Numbered from the stretch's first letter, positions 1 to 14,123 are shown. The stretch: 64,000 nt of DNA from Coriobacteriaceae bacterium (GCA_963612925.1 CAVDXG010000003.1:8267-72266), one strand, 5' to 3'. Notes: generated from the letters alone by a model not told the origin. A program made the numbers and translations.

Positions 1-1
1 A

Positions 2-226
2 AAAGAACAACGTGGTAAACATTATGCAACATCTTTATTAAATGAGATGTTTCATATTCTCCCTTCCTCTGGCGATGAAAAAGTTGATTTTATTACTCTA
101 GAAGTTCGTGAATCTAATAAGGTTGCTTTTGAGATGTATAAAAAAGTTGGCTTTGAATTTATCACTATTAAAAAGAATTATTATTCAAATGGCGAAGATG
201 CCTTATATATGGTTAAAAGGATGTAA
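2..226 (+). CDS. rimI: GNAT N-acetyltransferase, RimI-like (ribosomal-protein-alanine acetyltransferase); 5' end lies outside the window
   Basis: Open frame from the window edge to TAA at 224-226. The translation ...ITLEVRESNKVAFEMYKKVGFEFITIKKNYYSNGEDALYMVKRM looks like a GNAT acetyl-CoA-binding core. It ends 2 nt before tsaD, as in the common rimI-tsaD arrangement. Confidence 0.7.
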   Translation, partial: KEQRGKHYATSLLNEMFHILPSSGDEKVDFITLEVRESNKVAFEMYKKVGFEFITIKKNYYSNGEDALYMVKRM

Positions 227-228
227 TT

Positions 229-1239
229 ATGGCTACGATTTTAGGGATTGAATCAAGTTGTGATGAAACTGCAATTGCGATTTATCGCGATGGCGAGCTT
301 CTTTCAAATGTAGTTGCCACCCAAATTAAAATGCATCAAAAGTTTGGCGGAGTTATGCCTGAACTTGCTTCTAGATTGCACGCCGAAAACATTTTATATG
401 TTTTAGATGAAGCACTTACTAAAGCAAACATTTCATTAGAAGAAATCGACGCTTTTGCTTTTACTCGCGGTCCCGGTCTTGTCGGCGCACTTCACATCGG
501 CATGCAAGCTTCAAAGACGCTTGCAATGCTATACAATAAACCTCTTATTCCGGTTCATCATTTAGCTGCGCATATTTATGCGAATGAATTTGTTAAACCT
601 TTAACTTTTCCGCTTCTTTCAATTGTTGTCAGCGGTGGTAACACCGAATTCGTCTACATGAAAGAGCCACTCAGTTTTGAAATTATTGGCGAAACAAAAG
701 ATGATGCGATTGGGGAATGCTTTGATAAAGTTGCTCGAACGCTTGGTCTTCCTTATCCTGGAGGAATACCTATTGATAAATTGTCTAAAGAAGGCAAACA
801 CAGCTATAAATTGCCTTTCCCATTGCACGATGATTCGCTTAATTTCTCCTATTCAGGATTAAAAACAGCCGTTATTAATTTGGTCAATAATGAGAAACAA
901 AAAGGGCATGAAATCAATGTGCCAGACATGTGCAAATCATTTCAAGATGTTGCAATTTCAATGATTATGGATCGCTTAGACAAGGCGCTTGATCGATACA
1001 ATATAAAGCAAGTTGTCTTAGCTGGCGGAGTTTCTGCGAATTCCTATTTAAGAGAAAAGATGCACGAGCGACTCGATAATACTGACATCGATTTAATTGT
1101 TCCACCTATTTGGTGCACAACCGATAATGCAGCAATGATTGTTCGATTAGCATCGCATTTATATGAGAAAAAACTATTTGCTAATTTAGATATTTCTTGT
1201 GATCCAAATTGGCGAATTGACGAATACGACAAGTTTTAG
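229..1239 (+). CDS. tsaD: tRNA N6-adenosine threonylcarbamoyltransferase TsaD
   Basis: 336 aa. N-terminal ILGIESSCDETA, the HH metal motif (VHHLAAHI) and GGVSAN are typical of the Kae1/TsaD family. Confidence 0.92.
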   Translation: MATILGIESSCDETAIAIYRDGELLSNVVATQIKMHQKFGGVMPELASRLHAENILYVLDEALTKANISLEEIDAFAFTRGPGLVGALHIGMQASKTLAMLYNKPLIPVHHLAAHIYANEFVKPLTFPLLSIVVSGGNTEFVYMKEPLSFEIIGETKDDAIGECFDKVARTLGLPYPGGIPIDKLSKEGKHSYKLPFPLHDDSLNFSYSGLKTAVINLVNNEKQKGHEINVPDMCKSFQDVAISMIMDRLDKALDRYNIKQVVLAGGVSANSYLREKMHERLDNTDIDLIVPPIWCTTDNAAMIVRLASHLYEKKLFANLDISCDPNWRIDEYDKF

Positions 1240-1300
1240 ATTTATATAACCGCTTTCATTCATTAATCATTTTTATCAATATTTTAAGTTGCGATAATGA

Positions 1301-3049
1301 ATGAAGAAAATGTTTAGCATTAATCAAGTAGCATTCTACACATTAACTCTTGCTGGCTTGGGATTATTTCTTTTTGGAATTTCATCTTTATCTTCAACTT
1401 TAAAGGTGATGGCTTCTTCAAAACTTTCCAAGCTCATCAACAAATTTAGTAACAATCCTTTCTTTGGCCTACTTTTAGGAACTGGATTTACTGCGATTAT
1501 TCAGTCTTCTAGCGGAACAAGTGCTTTAACAATCGGTTTAGTTAGAGCAGGTGTCATGAGCTTTACCCAAGCAAGTGCAATTATCATCGGAGCAAACATT
1601 GGTACAACAGTAACATCTTTTATAGTCTCAATTCCTTTCGTGGAATATTTTCCACTTGTTCTATTTTTAGGATCACTTATTCTACTTTTTGCAACTAAAA
1701 AGAAATGGGCTAATATCGGAAATCTTTGCTTTGCTTTTGGAGCTCTCTTTTTAGGACTTTGGCTCATGGAATTAAATCTTTCTTCTATAGCTGATGAGCA
1801 GTGGTTTATTTCCTTTTTTAGCGTCTTAAATGACTCACCGTGGTTAGGCTTACTTTTAGGCACTTTAGCCACGATTTGCCTGCAATCTTCCAGCGCAGTC
1901 ATCGGAGTTGTGCAAGGATTGTTTGCTTTAAGTGCTGGTTCTTCTATCTCACTATTCGGCATTCTTCCTGTTATCTTTGGAGCAAATATTGGTACCACAT
2001 CAACCGCCTTATTAGCCTCAATTGGAGGTAGCAAAGAGAGTAAAAAAGTGGCCATCTTCCATGTCCTATTTAATGTCACTGGCGCTCTCCTATTTATGGG
2101 CGTTATCTATATTTTTAAAGATTATTTGTCTAATCCTACTAATTTTGGTTATTTAAATGAAGATGGTTCCTTCTCTTGGTATGTTTCGCCAATGTTCCAG
2201 ATCGCTATTTGCCATTTAATCTTTAATTTTGTCACCGGCTTATTGTTCTTTGCTTTACTTAAGCCAATAACTAATTTAATTAATAAGATCATTCCCTCTG
2301 ATAAAACAATTAAAGAATTAAAGCCAATTAAACCATTAGATTATAAGCTCATGAAAGAATTCCCAAGCGAAGGACTTCAGCTTGCAAAAGATAGAAGCTT
2401 ATCGATGTTTTCTTATGATTTAATAATGTTTGATACGATTAAAGAATATTTGAAGTCATCTAAAAGCGAGGATGCTAATTTTGCTATAAACATCGAAAAC
2501 AATATTGATTTAATCGATCGACAACTAAATGAATATTTATCGATGTGCGATAAAAGCAATTTAACTCCTGAAGAGATATCAACTTTGTTAAGCGTTTTAA
2601 AAGCAAGTAAAGACATAGAACGAATTGGTGATTATGGCGAAAACATCATCAATTTCTTCATAGCTATAAAAGAACATAAAGATTATTTATCTGATAGAGA
2701 AAAAGAATTCTTTATAAACATTACTGACGATGTAATTTCTTTTCTAAATAGAACTTATAAAGTATATGAGAATGCTGATTTAGAAAAAGGCCTTGCAATC
2801 ATTAAAGAAAGAAGAATTTTCGTTGATAAAATCAACACAATAATTAATGAGCATCTGCTTGATGAAACTCAGGTTGATAGTAAAATTAGTACTCGCTTTT
2901 TAGAACTAGTATTTGTTGATTTATTGAATTGCTATGAGCGCGTTGCCTCTCATTGCAGCAACATTTGTAAAATCTTCGGCACAGACAAGTCGTATTCGAT
3001 AAGCGAAAAAGACGAAGAGCAGTTTATGTCGGTTGCTAGCCACAACTAA
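1301..3049 (+). CDS. Na/Pi cotransporter family protein with C-terminal PhoU-like domain
   Basis: 582 aa. Duplicated QSSSA/GANIGTT motifs are typical of NptA-type Na/Pi cotransporters, followed by a helical PhoU-like tail. Confidence 0.85.
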   Translation: MKKMFSINQVAFYTLTLAGLGLFLFGISSLSSTLKVMASSKLSKLINKFSNNPFFGLLLGTGFTAIIQSSSGTSALTIGLVRAGVMSFTQASAIIIGANIGTTVTSFIVSIPFVEYFPLVLFLGSLILLFATKKKWANIGNLCFAFGALFLGLWLMELNLSSIADEQWFISFFSVLNDSPWLGLLLGTLATICLQSSSAVIGVVQGLFALSAGSSISLFGILPVIFGANIGTTSTALLASIGGSKESKKVAIFHVLFNVTGALLFMGVIYIFKDYLSNPTNFGYLNEDGSFSWYVSPMFQIAICHLIFNFVTGLLFFALLKPITNLINKIIPSDKTIKELKPIKPLDYKLMKEFPSEGLQLAKDRSLSMFSYDLIMFDTIKEYLKSSKSEDANFAINIENNIDLIDRQLNEYLSMCDKSNLTPEEISTLLSVLKASKDIERIGDYGENIINFFIAIKEHKDYLSDREKEFFINITDDVISFLNRTYKVYENADLEKGLAIIKERRIFVDKINTIINEHLLDETQVDSKISTRFLELVFVDLLNCYERVASHCSNICKIFGTDKSYSISEKDEEQFMSVASHN

Positions 3050-3103
3050 TCTATCTTTACGCTTTAGTTAAAAAGCAATAATTTTTTGCTAATTATCAAA
3101 ATT

Positions 3104-3304
3104 TGCGAACTGTTAGGCAAAAAAACTGCGAACAGATACATAAATAAGCCATATTTAAGCATATATATTGTGATTTTTTATTAGAAAAATATCGATTAAA
3201 AGCCATCTTTTAAAAATTTTTATATAAAAAGTGCGAACTGTTGATAAAAATTGCGAACTGAGTTAAACTAAAATTGCGAACTGGAGGTCATTATATGCGA
3301 ATTG
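3104..3304 (+). promoter_or_regulatory. Array of six TGCGAAC(T/A)G words (iteron/operator-like) in the 5' region of the AlbA_2 gene
   Basis: Exact TGCGAACTG at 3104-3112, 3232-3240, 3252-3260 and 3275-3283. TGCGAACAG at 3127-3135. TGCGAATTG at 3296-3304, overlapping the ATG at 3295. Five of the six copies follow an A-run; the start-codon copy follows TTATA. Spacings within the clusters are 20-23 bp. Confidence 0.6.
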
Positions 3305-4857
3305 AATTTTATAAAAATGAAGCTAATGAATATTTGAAAAAGCGAAAAGCTGAATGTTCTCACATCGAATATAAAAGCAGCGAGGAACAACTCGATAAGA
3401 TATTAAAAACTCTATGCGCTTATGCAAATAACTATTGTGAGAACGAATATTCTTTTATTTTTATTGGAGTTGAAGAGCTTAATAACGATAATGTGAAATC
3501 TATTCCTAAATTGCCAATTAAAGGAGTGGAGGAAGCACATTTAGAAACCGCTAAAAATAAAATTAATTCTTTAAGACCTTATATTTACCCAAATGCCAAA
3601 TTTGAAATTTTAACCAATACTTTTGAAAGCAAGCATTATCTACTAATTGTGATGGAAAAGCAAAACGCTGGTCCTTATTCAGTTTCGGATAAAGTTGTTC
3701 ACGATAAAAGATTTTCTCTTAAACCTGGTAGATATGTAAGAATCGAAAGTGAATCAAGATTAGCCTCAATTATTGAGGAATACGATTTGCTCAGAAAGTT
3801 TTCTAATTATCATTTTTCTTCAGATGTTAACAGTGTCGCAACAATTGACGATTTAGATTATGACTACATGAGAGAATATTTAAAACAGACGAGCAATCGA
3901 AGTCTCTCTGATACTTTGACAAAACGTGAAATTGCTACCATGCTCAATCTTTTTCCAAAGAATGAAACTATCACTTCTCGAGTTAGCAATTTTGCAGTTT
4001 TAATGTTTGCTAAAAGGCCTGATGAATTCATCCCGTATTCCTATGTTGAGATAATAACCGATACATTAGGCAGTAAAACTCGGATGGAAGCAAAAGATTT
4101 TAAAGGTCCAATTTGGAAGCAATATTTTATGGCTTTGCGTTTTATAGAAGATACTTTTATTCGGGTTATCACAGTTAGAGAAGACAATGTAGCGATCAAT
4201 AAAAAGGTTAGTAATTTTCCTTTTAAAGCGATTGAAGAACTTTTAGCCAATGCAATAGTCCATAAAAATTATGAGGAAGGCAAAACTGTTCAAGTTTATG
4301 TAACTGATGAAGATATCAATATCATCAATTACAACAAGCCTCTTCCTCCTATTACATTAGTTGATCTTAATAATCGAACAATCTTTAAAGAAAGAGATTC
4401 AGTAAATCCTGAAATAAGAGACATGTTTAAGGATTTAGGCATTATTGAAAGCTATGGAACCGGAATTGGAGAAGCAAAAAAGGCTTGTTTAGAAAATGGA
4501 AATAAGATGCTTTACTATAAGCTGTTCGATGAAAATGTGAATATTACATCGGTGGTGATTCCTAGCAATGATGAATACAACAAATTGATGAATAGAAACA
4601 ATAGCTCAAGAGATAAAGAAGTAGGGAAAGCGACGATTCGATCCAAGATTGCTGATAGTTCAAATAGCAAAAATGTGAAAAATAATTTAGATAAAATCTA
4701 TGTGTCTTTAAAAGACAGCATCTTTTCACCTAAAGATGTTATGTCCGTATTAAATGTTGCTCCTAACACCGCGACAAAATATATTGATAAACTAAAAAAA
4801 CTTAATTTATTGCAAAGTGTTAAAGGAGTTGGGCAAAGTAAATATCGATTTATTTAA
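3295..4857 (+). CDS. AlbA_2 (Schlafen-type) domain protein with HATPase_c_4-like domain and C-terminal winged-helix; putative DNA-binding regulator (often auto-annotated as RecG-like)
   Basis: The ORF track starts at 3274, but ATG 3295 follows a GGAGG at 3284-3288. An IEYKSS motif sits near the N-terminus, LANAIVHKNY is the HATPase_c_4 signature, and the C-terminal tail (VLNVAPNTATKYIDKLKKLNLL) is HTH-like. Confidence 0.7.
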   Translation: MRIEFYKNEANEYLKKRKAECSHIEYKSSEEQLDKILKTLCAYANNYCENEYSFIFIGVEELNNDNVKSIPKLPIKGVEEAHLETAKNKINSLRPYIYPNAKFEILTNTFESKHYLLIVMEKQNAGPYSVSDKVVHDKRFSLKPGRYVRIESESRLASIIEEYDLLRKFSNYHFSSDVNSVATIDDLDYDYMREYLKQTSNRSLSDTLTKREIATMLNLFPKNETITSRVSNFAVLMFAKRPDEFIPYSYVEIITDTLGSKTRMEAKDFKGPIWKQYFMALRFIEDTFIRVITVREDNVAINKKVSNFPFKAIEELLANAIVHKNYEEGKTVQVYVTDEDINIINYNKPLPPITLVDLNNRTIFKERDSVNPEIRDMFKDLGIIESYGTGIGEAKKACLENGNKMLYYKLFDENVNITSVVIPSNDEYNKLMNRNNSSRDKEVGKATIRSKIADSSNSKNVKNNLDKIYVSLKDSIFSPKDVMSVLNVAPNTATKYIDKLKKLNLLQSVKGVGQSKYRFI

Positions 4858-4928
4858 CCAACCATTATTTCAGAAATAATTTGCTAGTTAATAAGTTATG
4901 TAAATGCTATTATTCTTTTCGGTTTTTT

Positions 4929-5603
4929 ATGAAAGTCAAAAATAATATTTATGTACTAACATTAAGTGGACTAATTCTAGCTTTAATGCTTATCTTTGGT
5001 TTCACTCCTCTAGGCAATATAAAGATGCTTGGCTTTTCAATAACTCTTATCGGAATACCAGTCGCCATTGTAGCTTGTGCATTTGGCCCATATTTTGGAG
5101 CCATCGCTGGATTTATTTGGGGCACTATTTCTCTTATTCAATCTTTCACTGGAATGGATAGCATCGCTACCTTGCTTTTATCTAGTGATATTCAACCAGC
5201 GATTAAATTCGGCGGTCTAATATCATTATGCTATTCGCGAATTATTGTTGGTTTTTTAACTGGATTAATTTATGATGCGATCAAAATTATTGATAAAAAG
5301 GGTATTGCCGCATCCTTTATATCTTCTATGGCGTTATCGATACTAAATACTGTTTTGTTCATGAGCATCTTCACTCTCTTTTTCTATCAAAGCGATGTGA
5401 TACAAAATTTATGTCTCTCTAATAATCTAGATCCAAATAACGCTTTCTTATTTATATGCGGTTTTGTCGGCGTTAATTTCTTTGTGGAAGTTGCTTCAAC
5501 TTTGCTTGTTGGAGGAACATCATCTATGCTCATTATCCGTTCGCTAGAAAGAATGAATTATAAATCGCCATTACCTCATCTATTCGTAAAAAAAGAAGAC
5601 TAG
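4929..5603 (+). CDS. ECF-transporter S-component-like membrane protein
   Basis: About 6 TM segments. LIGIPVAIVACAFGPYFGAIAGFIWG resembles ECF substrate-capture subunits. ATG 4929 is preferred over the track start at 4881. Confidence 0.55.
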   Translation: MKVKNNIYVLTLSGLILALMLIFGFTPLGNIKMLGFSITLIGIPVAIVACAFGPYFGAIAGFIWGTISLIQSFTGMDSIATLLLSSDIQPAIKFGGLISLCYSRIIVGFLTGLIYDAIKIIDKKGIAASFISSMALSILNTVLFMSIFTLFFYQSDVIQNLCLSNNLDPNNAFLFICGFVGVNFFVEVASTLLVGGTSSMLIIRSLERMNYKSPLPHLFVKKED

Positions 5604-5771
5604 ATTGATTGAATTCAATTTTTGAGCAAAATATCGAACGCTATTTTGGTAATGGACATTAAACATATGTTGCATTTAATTTTTCAATTAACGAATGATG
5701 AAATTTCGATGATTTTAATATCTTTTTAAAAAAAGATTTAAGATAATAATAATGTTCGTGAGGTGTTAAAA

Positions 5772-7172
5772 ATGGAAGAGAAGACTACTGGAGTTACTGT
5801 TAGCGATTTATATTTATTAATTCGAAATCCGGAAGATGAGGAAATGAAAGAAATCCTTAATTCTTTAGATGAAGTTTTTATTCAAGGCTGGATTCGAACA
5901 AATCGCGATAATGGATCAATTGGATTTATCGCATTAAATGACGGAACTTGTTTTAAGAATATCCAACTTGTTTATGATGAAAACACCCTTAACTATAAAG
6001 AACTTGCTCATCAAAATACTGGAGCTGCTATTTCATCGATTGGAAAATTTGTTTTAACTCCTGAAGCTAAGCAACCATTTGAGATTCGAGTTAAGGAATT
6101 CGAAGTAGAAGGAAGTGTTGCTAACGATTACCCTCTTCAAAAGAAAGCTCATTCGTTAGAGTTTTTAAGGGATATTGCTCATCTTAGACCTCGTGCGAAC
6201 ACCTTCAATGCTGTCTTTAGAATGCGAAATGCCATGGCGATGGCGATTCATGAATTCTTCCAAGAAAGAGGCTTCTTATATGTTCACACTCCTATTATTA
6301 CCGGTAATGATGCCGAAGGAGCGGGTTCAACATTTTCAGTAGTTACTGATGATAAAGAACCATTCTTTGGAAAACCAGTTTCCTTAACTGTTTCTGGCCA
6401 ACTTCATGTGGAAGCTTTCGCTCTAGCGTTTAGAGATGTCTATACTTTTGGCCCAACTTTCCGGGCGGAGCATTCAAACACTACACGTCACGCTTCAGAA
6501 TTCTGGATGATTGAGCCAGAAATTGCCTTTGCAGATTTAAATGATGATATGGAACTTATTGAAGATTGTTTAAAGCACTGCATTGATGTTGCTTTGCATC
6601 AATGCAAGGATGAAATCGAATTCTTCAATAATTTCTTCGATAAAACTTTAATTGAAAGACTTCACCATGTCCTTCATAGCGAATTTAAACGCATCAGCTA
6701 TACAGAAGCGATTGATGAACTTAAGAAAGCTGTTAAAAACGGTCATAAATTTGTAAACGACAAGATTGAATGGGGCATGGACTTACAAAGCGAACACGAA
6801 AGATATATCACCGAAACTGTTTTTAATTCCCCAGTTTTCGTCACCGACTACCCAAAAGAATTAAAAGCGTTCTACATGCGTCTTAATGACGACAATAAGA
6901 CTGTCGCTGCCTGCGACTTACTTGTCCCTTATGTTGGCGAACTCGTCGGAGGTTCTCAAAGAGAAGAACGTTATGATCTATTAAAACAGCGCATGGAAGA
7001 ATGTCATTGTCTAAAAGGACTTGAATGGTATTTAGATTTAAGAAAATACGGCGGCTGTAAGCATGCTGGTTTTGGCATCGGCTTTGATCGCTTACTCATG
7101 TATGTAACTGGTATTAACAACATCCGTGATGTTCAGCCTTACCCGCGTACGCACGAGCCTATTAAATATTAA
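5772..7172 (+). CDS. asnS: asparagine--tRNA ligase
   Basis: Class IIb aaRS with [21 protein letters not shown] and GGSQREER motifs. ATG 5772 follows GAGGTG at 5760-5765; the track start at 5763 is a GTG inside that RBS. Confidence 0.9.
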   Translation: MEEKTTGVTVSDLYLLIRNPEDEEMKEILNSLDEVFIQGWIRTNRDNGSIGFIALNDGTCFKNIQLVYDENTLNYKELAHQNTGAAISSIGKFVLTPEAKQPFEIRVKEFEVEGSVANDYPLQKKAHSLEFLRDIAHLRPRANTFNAVFRMRNAMAMAIHEFFQERGFLYVHTPIITGNDAEGAGSTFSVVTDDKEPFFGKPVSLTVSGQLHVEAFALAFRDVYTFGPTFRAEHSNTTRHASEFWMIEPEIAFADLNDDMELIEDCLKHCIDVALHQCKDEIEFFNNFFDKTLIERLHHVLHSEFKRISYTEAIDELKKAVKNGHKFVNDKIEWGMDLQSEHERYITETVFNSPVFVTDYPKELKAFYMRLNDDNKTVAACDLLVPYVGELVGGSQREERYDLLKQRMEECHCLKGLEWYLDLRKYGGCKHAGFGIGFDRLLMYVTGINNIRDVQPYPRTHEPIKY

Positions 7173-7177
7173 TTAAG

Positions 7178-7315
7178 ATGACTGAAGAAGAAAAAGAGCA
7201 ACTCCAATTAGAAAAAGAGCAACATTCTCGTAACCGCATTTTCGGTTTGCTTGTTGTTATTGCTCTAGTTTTGTTAATCATTTTGATTTACGAAATCGTT
7301 GTTTTTGTGAAATAA
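7178..7315 (+). CDS. Possible 45-aa single-pass membrane peptide (not in the ORF track)
   Basis: ATG 7178 to TAA 7313-7315 gives MTEEEKEQLQLEKEQHSRNRIFGLLVVIALVLLIILIYEIVVFVK: a charged head plus one hydrophobic helix. It starts 5 nt after the asnS stop. No clear RBS. Confidence 0.35.
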   Translation: MTEEEKEQLQLEKEQHSRNRIFGLLVVIALVLLIILIYEIVVFVK

Positions 7316-7316
7316 A

Positions 7317-7967
7317 TTATTCCGGATTTATCGGAGCTCTTGCTACAGTATCCGGATCAAAATTAGCTAAAGATTTATTAAAGACTGTCTTTGATAATTT
7401 TATTAAGCGATATAATCTAGCAATATAAGCTTGAACATCATATAAAAACCAAATTCCTCCAACTAGCATTCCGAAGAAGAAAATATAGGAAGGAATCGCT
7501 TCATTTGACCAATGTGGTGAAGAGATAACTTCTGGATAATCAGATATTAGTTCCATACCGAAGAAATTGCTTCTCGGGGCGTTATCCCAATCGAAGATGT
7601 GAAAGAGCGTTCCAACACCTTCAGTTTTATAATCAAAAATATTAATCGCCCAATTTTGTCTAATTAAGCAATATAAGAACATGACAGTGCAGGATGTGAG
7701 CATTATTAGAAATGGAATCCAACTATCTTTGAAGAGTTGGCGGTGATTCTTTTTGATGCCGTATTTTATTAACTTCTTTGGTTCAATAATTACTCCTGTG
7801 ACAACTACATCATGGACTAAATCTTCCATTTTGTTGCCTTGCATCTTCATTATTTTTTTCACAAGCAGGGTGAGATAGCCGACGATGACAAACACTAAGA
7901 TGAGCACAATTAAAAGGACGATGATTAATCGCTTATCGTTTTCACTTAATTTGATTAAATTAATCAT
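7317..7967 (-). CDS. Hypothetical membrane protein (third gene of a three-gene membrane operon)
   Basis: 216 aa with several hydrophobic helices. Its start overlaps the upstream gene's stop (ATGA at 7964-7967). No recognisable family. Confidence 0.6.
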   Translation of the reverse strand: MINLIKLSENDKRLIIVLLIVLILVFVIVGYLTLLVKKIMKMQGNKMEDLVHDVVVTGVIIEPKKLIKYGIKKNHRQLFKDSWIPFLIMLTSCTVMFLYCLIRQNWAINIFDYKTEGVGTLFHIFDWDNAPRSNFFGMELISDYPEVISSPHWSNEAIPSYIFFFGMLVGGIWFLYDVQAYIARLYRLIKLSKTVFNKSLANFDPDTVARAPINPE

Positions 7968-8383
7968 GGTTTTTCTACCTTTTCTTCGATTAAATCAGCA
8001 TTTGAGTTATCTTCATTTTCAATCGGCTTAATATCTATTGATGGAGGAATTTCTTGCTGAATTATTCCCCCTAAAGAAGGATTTTGATCTTTTGCAACAT
8101 AATTTATATGAGGGTTATTGATGACAATACTATTTCCCATTTGAGGAGCTTGAGCCGTTGCGGCTGTCTCAAATCTTTTGGCGATGATTTCTTTAGCTTT
8201 TACATCTTCTGGTAAGTCACCTAAAGGTTTTCCTCCGGCAAAATAGATTATCACTACCCTGATTGACATATATATGTAGACCAATACGCAGTAGATGAAA
8301 AATAAGGCAAATAATAAAGCGATAAATGGCAATAAAACAGTTATCAATATTCCTAAGAAAAATGTTTTAAAGAAGCTTTGCAT
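7964..8383 (-). CDS. Hypothetical membrane protein with low-complexity acidic tail
   Basis: 139 aa. Two N-terminal TM helices, then a P/Q/E-rich tail. Translationally coupled to its neighbours. Confidence 0.55.
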   Translation of the reverse strand: MQSFFKTFFLGILITVLLPFIALLFALFFIYCVLVYIYMSIRVVIIYFAGGKPLGDLPEDVKAKEIIAKRFETAATAQAPQMGNSIVINNPHINYVAKDQNPSLGGIIQQEIPPSIDIKPIENEDNSNADLIEEKVEKP

Positions 8384-8387
8384 ATTT

Positions 8388-9293
8388 TTATTTTATATTT
8401 TTATATCGTCTTTTCAAGACGAGGAAGATTATATCGATTATTCCGATACTTATTGGAGCGATATTCAACATTATTAGATTGCTTGCAATTGAGCTACTTC
8501 CATTAGTAAGGGCGTAAATTAAGACATTAGCTACGATAGCTAATCCCATTAGAATTAATGGAATTACATTTTTAAAGAAAATATTTCTCCCGATAGCGAA
8601 AATAGAAAAATAAAACGAAATCATTAAAAAGATGTAACCTGTTTCTAAAGAAAATAAAGAACATATCATCGAAAAAGTCGATGAGACTATTAAAGCGATG
8701 TCATCGATATAGACAATGTTTTCATTTTCCATTTCGCGAATGTTTAGTTTTTTTAATTCGTTAGAAATTATTAGATATGTCAGAGACATTTCGCATAAAG
8801 AGATGACAAAAATAAAAGATGGAACTATGACATCAATATTTGTTGATTCCTCTAATTTAAAAAACACTTTGAATGTCTCAATAACATTCACATCAAAAAT
8901 GAAATTGACCAAAGGAATTTGAGCCATTGTTAAGCCCATTTTGACTAATGAGGTTATAAGTATCGAATAAATTGAGGGAATATTCTTTTTGCTCAATAAA
9001 CCAAAAAGGTAACCAGTTATTAAACTTGGTATCAAATAGAATAAGGTTGTCTCGATGTTCCATAATGTAGCGACTAATGCCAAGCCTAAGGAAGCGAAGG
9101 CATAAATTGGGTAATAACGATCTTTACAATATATTTCTACAAGAGTGCTTATTAAAGGCAAAACAAGTATTAGAAAGATTGAAAATACATTGAGTAGGGC
9201 TAATAAAACAGAGATGATGATGTTTAAGGCCGACATTAAAGCCATCAAGGCGATGTTTTCAGTAAGAGTCTCTCTTTTAGAAAAGATTTTCAT
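8388..9293 (-). CDS. Hypothetical polytopic membrane protein
   Basis: 301 aa, about 8 predicted TM helices, first gene of the minus-strand operon. No recognisable motif. Confidence 0.6.
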   Translation of the reverse strand: MKIFSKRETLTENIALMALMSALNIIISVLLALLNVFSIFLILVLPLISTLVEIYCKDRYYPIYAFASLGLALVATLWNIETTLFYLIPSLITGYLFGLLSKKNIPSIYSILITSLVKMGLTMAQIPLVNFIFDVNVIETFKVFFKLEESTNIDVIVPSFIFVISLCEMSLTYLIISNELKKLNIREMENENIVYIDDIALIVSSTFSMICSLFSLETGYIFLMISFYFSIFAIGRNIFFKNVIPLILMGLAIVANVLIYALTNGSSSIASNLIMLNIAPISIGIIDIIFLVLKRRYKNIK

Positions 9294-9384
9294 GAATAAA
9301 TAATATCATGAAAAAATTTCCACTTTGTCCCATTCTTGCTTTGCATCTATTTACTCAATGCTGATTAGAGTTTAATTTAGTCGC

Positions 9385-9834
9385 ATGAAAAAGAATATCT
9401 TACTTCTATCTATTGCTTTTTTGTTATCTAGTTGTTCAATTTTTACTAGCTCTTTATCTGAATCATCATTTAGTCAAAAGGAAGAGGAAATTAATCATAG
9501 CTATAACGAAATAAAAACTAAAAAATTAACCTGGAATAACCTCTTTTTTGATTCAAAAGAGGCGTATTCTATTTATTGTTATTCCCTTAGTTGTTCGCAT
9601 TGTAATAGCATCAAAAATAAAGTCATCGAACATGCTTTAAAAGATGATAATTTCTATTTTTATGAAGATAGTTCTTCAACTATTTTTAACGACGATATTA
9701 AATCCACGATTGGAATTTCTAGCTCTTTAAATTTAGCAATAAAAGGCTTTCCAACTTTGCTAAAAATAAATCAGAAAACATTATCAAAAAATATATATGG
9801 AGAAGCCTCAATTTTAAATGAACTTAATCTTTAA
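9385..9834 (+). CDS. Thioredoxin-like lipoprotein
   Basis: Signal peptide with lipobox LLSSC, and a CSHC (CxxC) redox motif in SLSCSHCNSIK. Confidence 0.6.
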   Translation: MKKNILLLSIAFLLSSCSIFTSSLSESSFSQKEEEINHSYNEIKTKKLTWNNLFFDSKEAYSIYCYSLSCSHCNSIKNKVIEHALKDDNFYFYEDSSSTIFNDDIKSTIGISSSLNLAIKGFPTLLKINQKTLSKNIYGEASILNELNL

Positions 9835-9885
9835 TTAGAGTCTATGATTGTGCTAGACTATTACAAAGTAATAAGGCAAACAATT

Positions 9886-14123
<4,238 letters not shown>

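Noticed and set aside
1501-2079. 192-aa antisense ORF inside the Na/Pi cotransporter gene. Similar embedded or antisense ORFs in the track occur at 619-828, 677-862, 1044-1232, 1840-2031, 2413-2616, 4041-4250, 8295-8477, 8716-8922, 10008-10247, 13220-13411, 14065-14415, 14517-14705, 15346-15800, 20197-20547, 20815-21018, 21753-21935, 25096-25353, 27996-28241, 32203-32421, 32929-33123, 33367-33666, 34911-35135, 36720-36950, 39341-39646, 40173-40442, 42984-43190, 43660-44016, 49953-50207, 51482-51688, 52213-52416, 53741-53992, 55213-55497, 55670-55888, 56200-56400, 58936-59142, 59436-59621, 60281-60544, 61867-62136 and 62302-62532
   Set aside because: All lie within or opposite much longer ORFs with clear family motifs. 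They have no RBS and show low-complexity or odd composition, as expected for chance frames in AT-rich DNA.
3104-3304. The TGCGAAC words resemble a half-site of the Gram-positive LexA/DinR (Cheo) box, CGAAC-N4-GTTCG
   Set aside because: None of the six copies is followed by the GTTC(G) half at the required 4-nt spacing, so no complete SOS box exists. The copies are direct repeats, not palindromes.
3104-3304. Possible CRISPR-like or minisatellite array
   Set aside because: The repeat unit is only 9 nt, spacing is irregular (20-23 bp plus one gap of about 97 bp), and there are no cas genes. It is not a CRISPR array.
5604-5771. Possible T-box leader upstream of asnS
   Set aside because: The region is only about 168 nt and very AT-rich. 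I could find no T-box consensus (…GGUGGUACCGCG…), AG bulge or specifier-loop-like structure. The small AT-only palindromes there are not convincing terminators.
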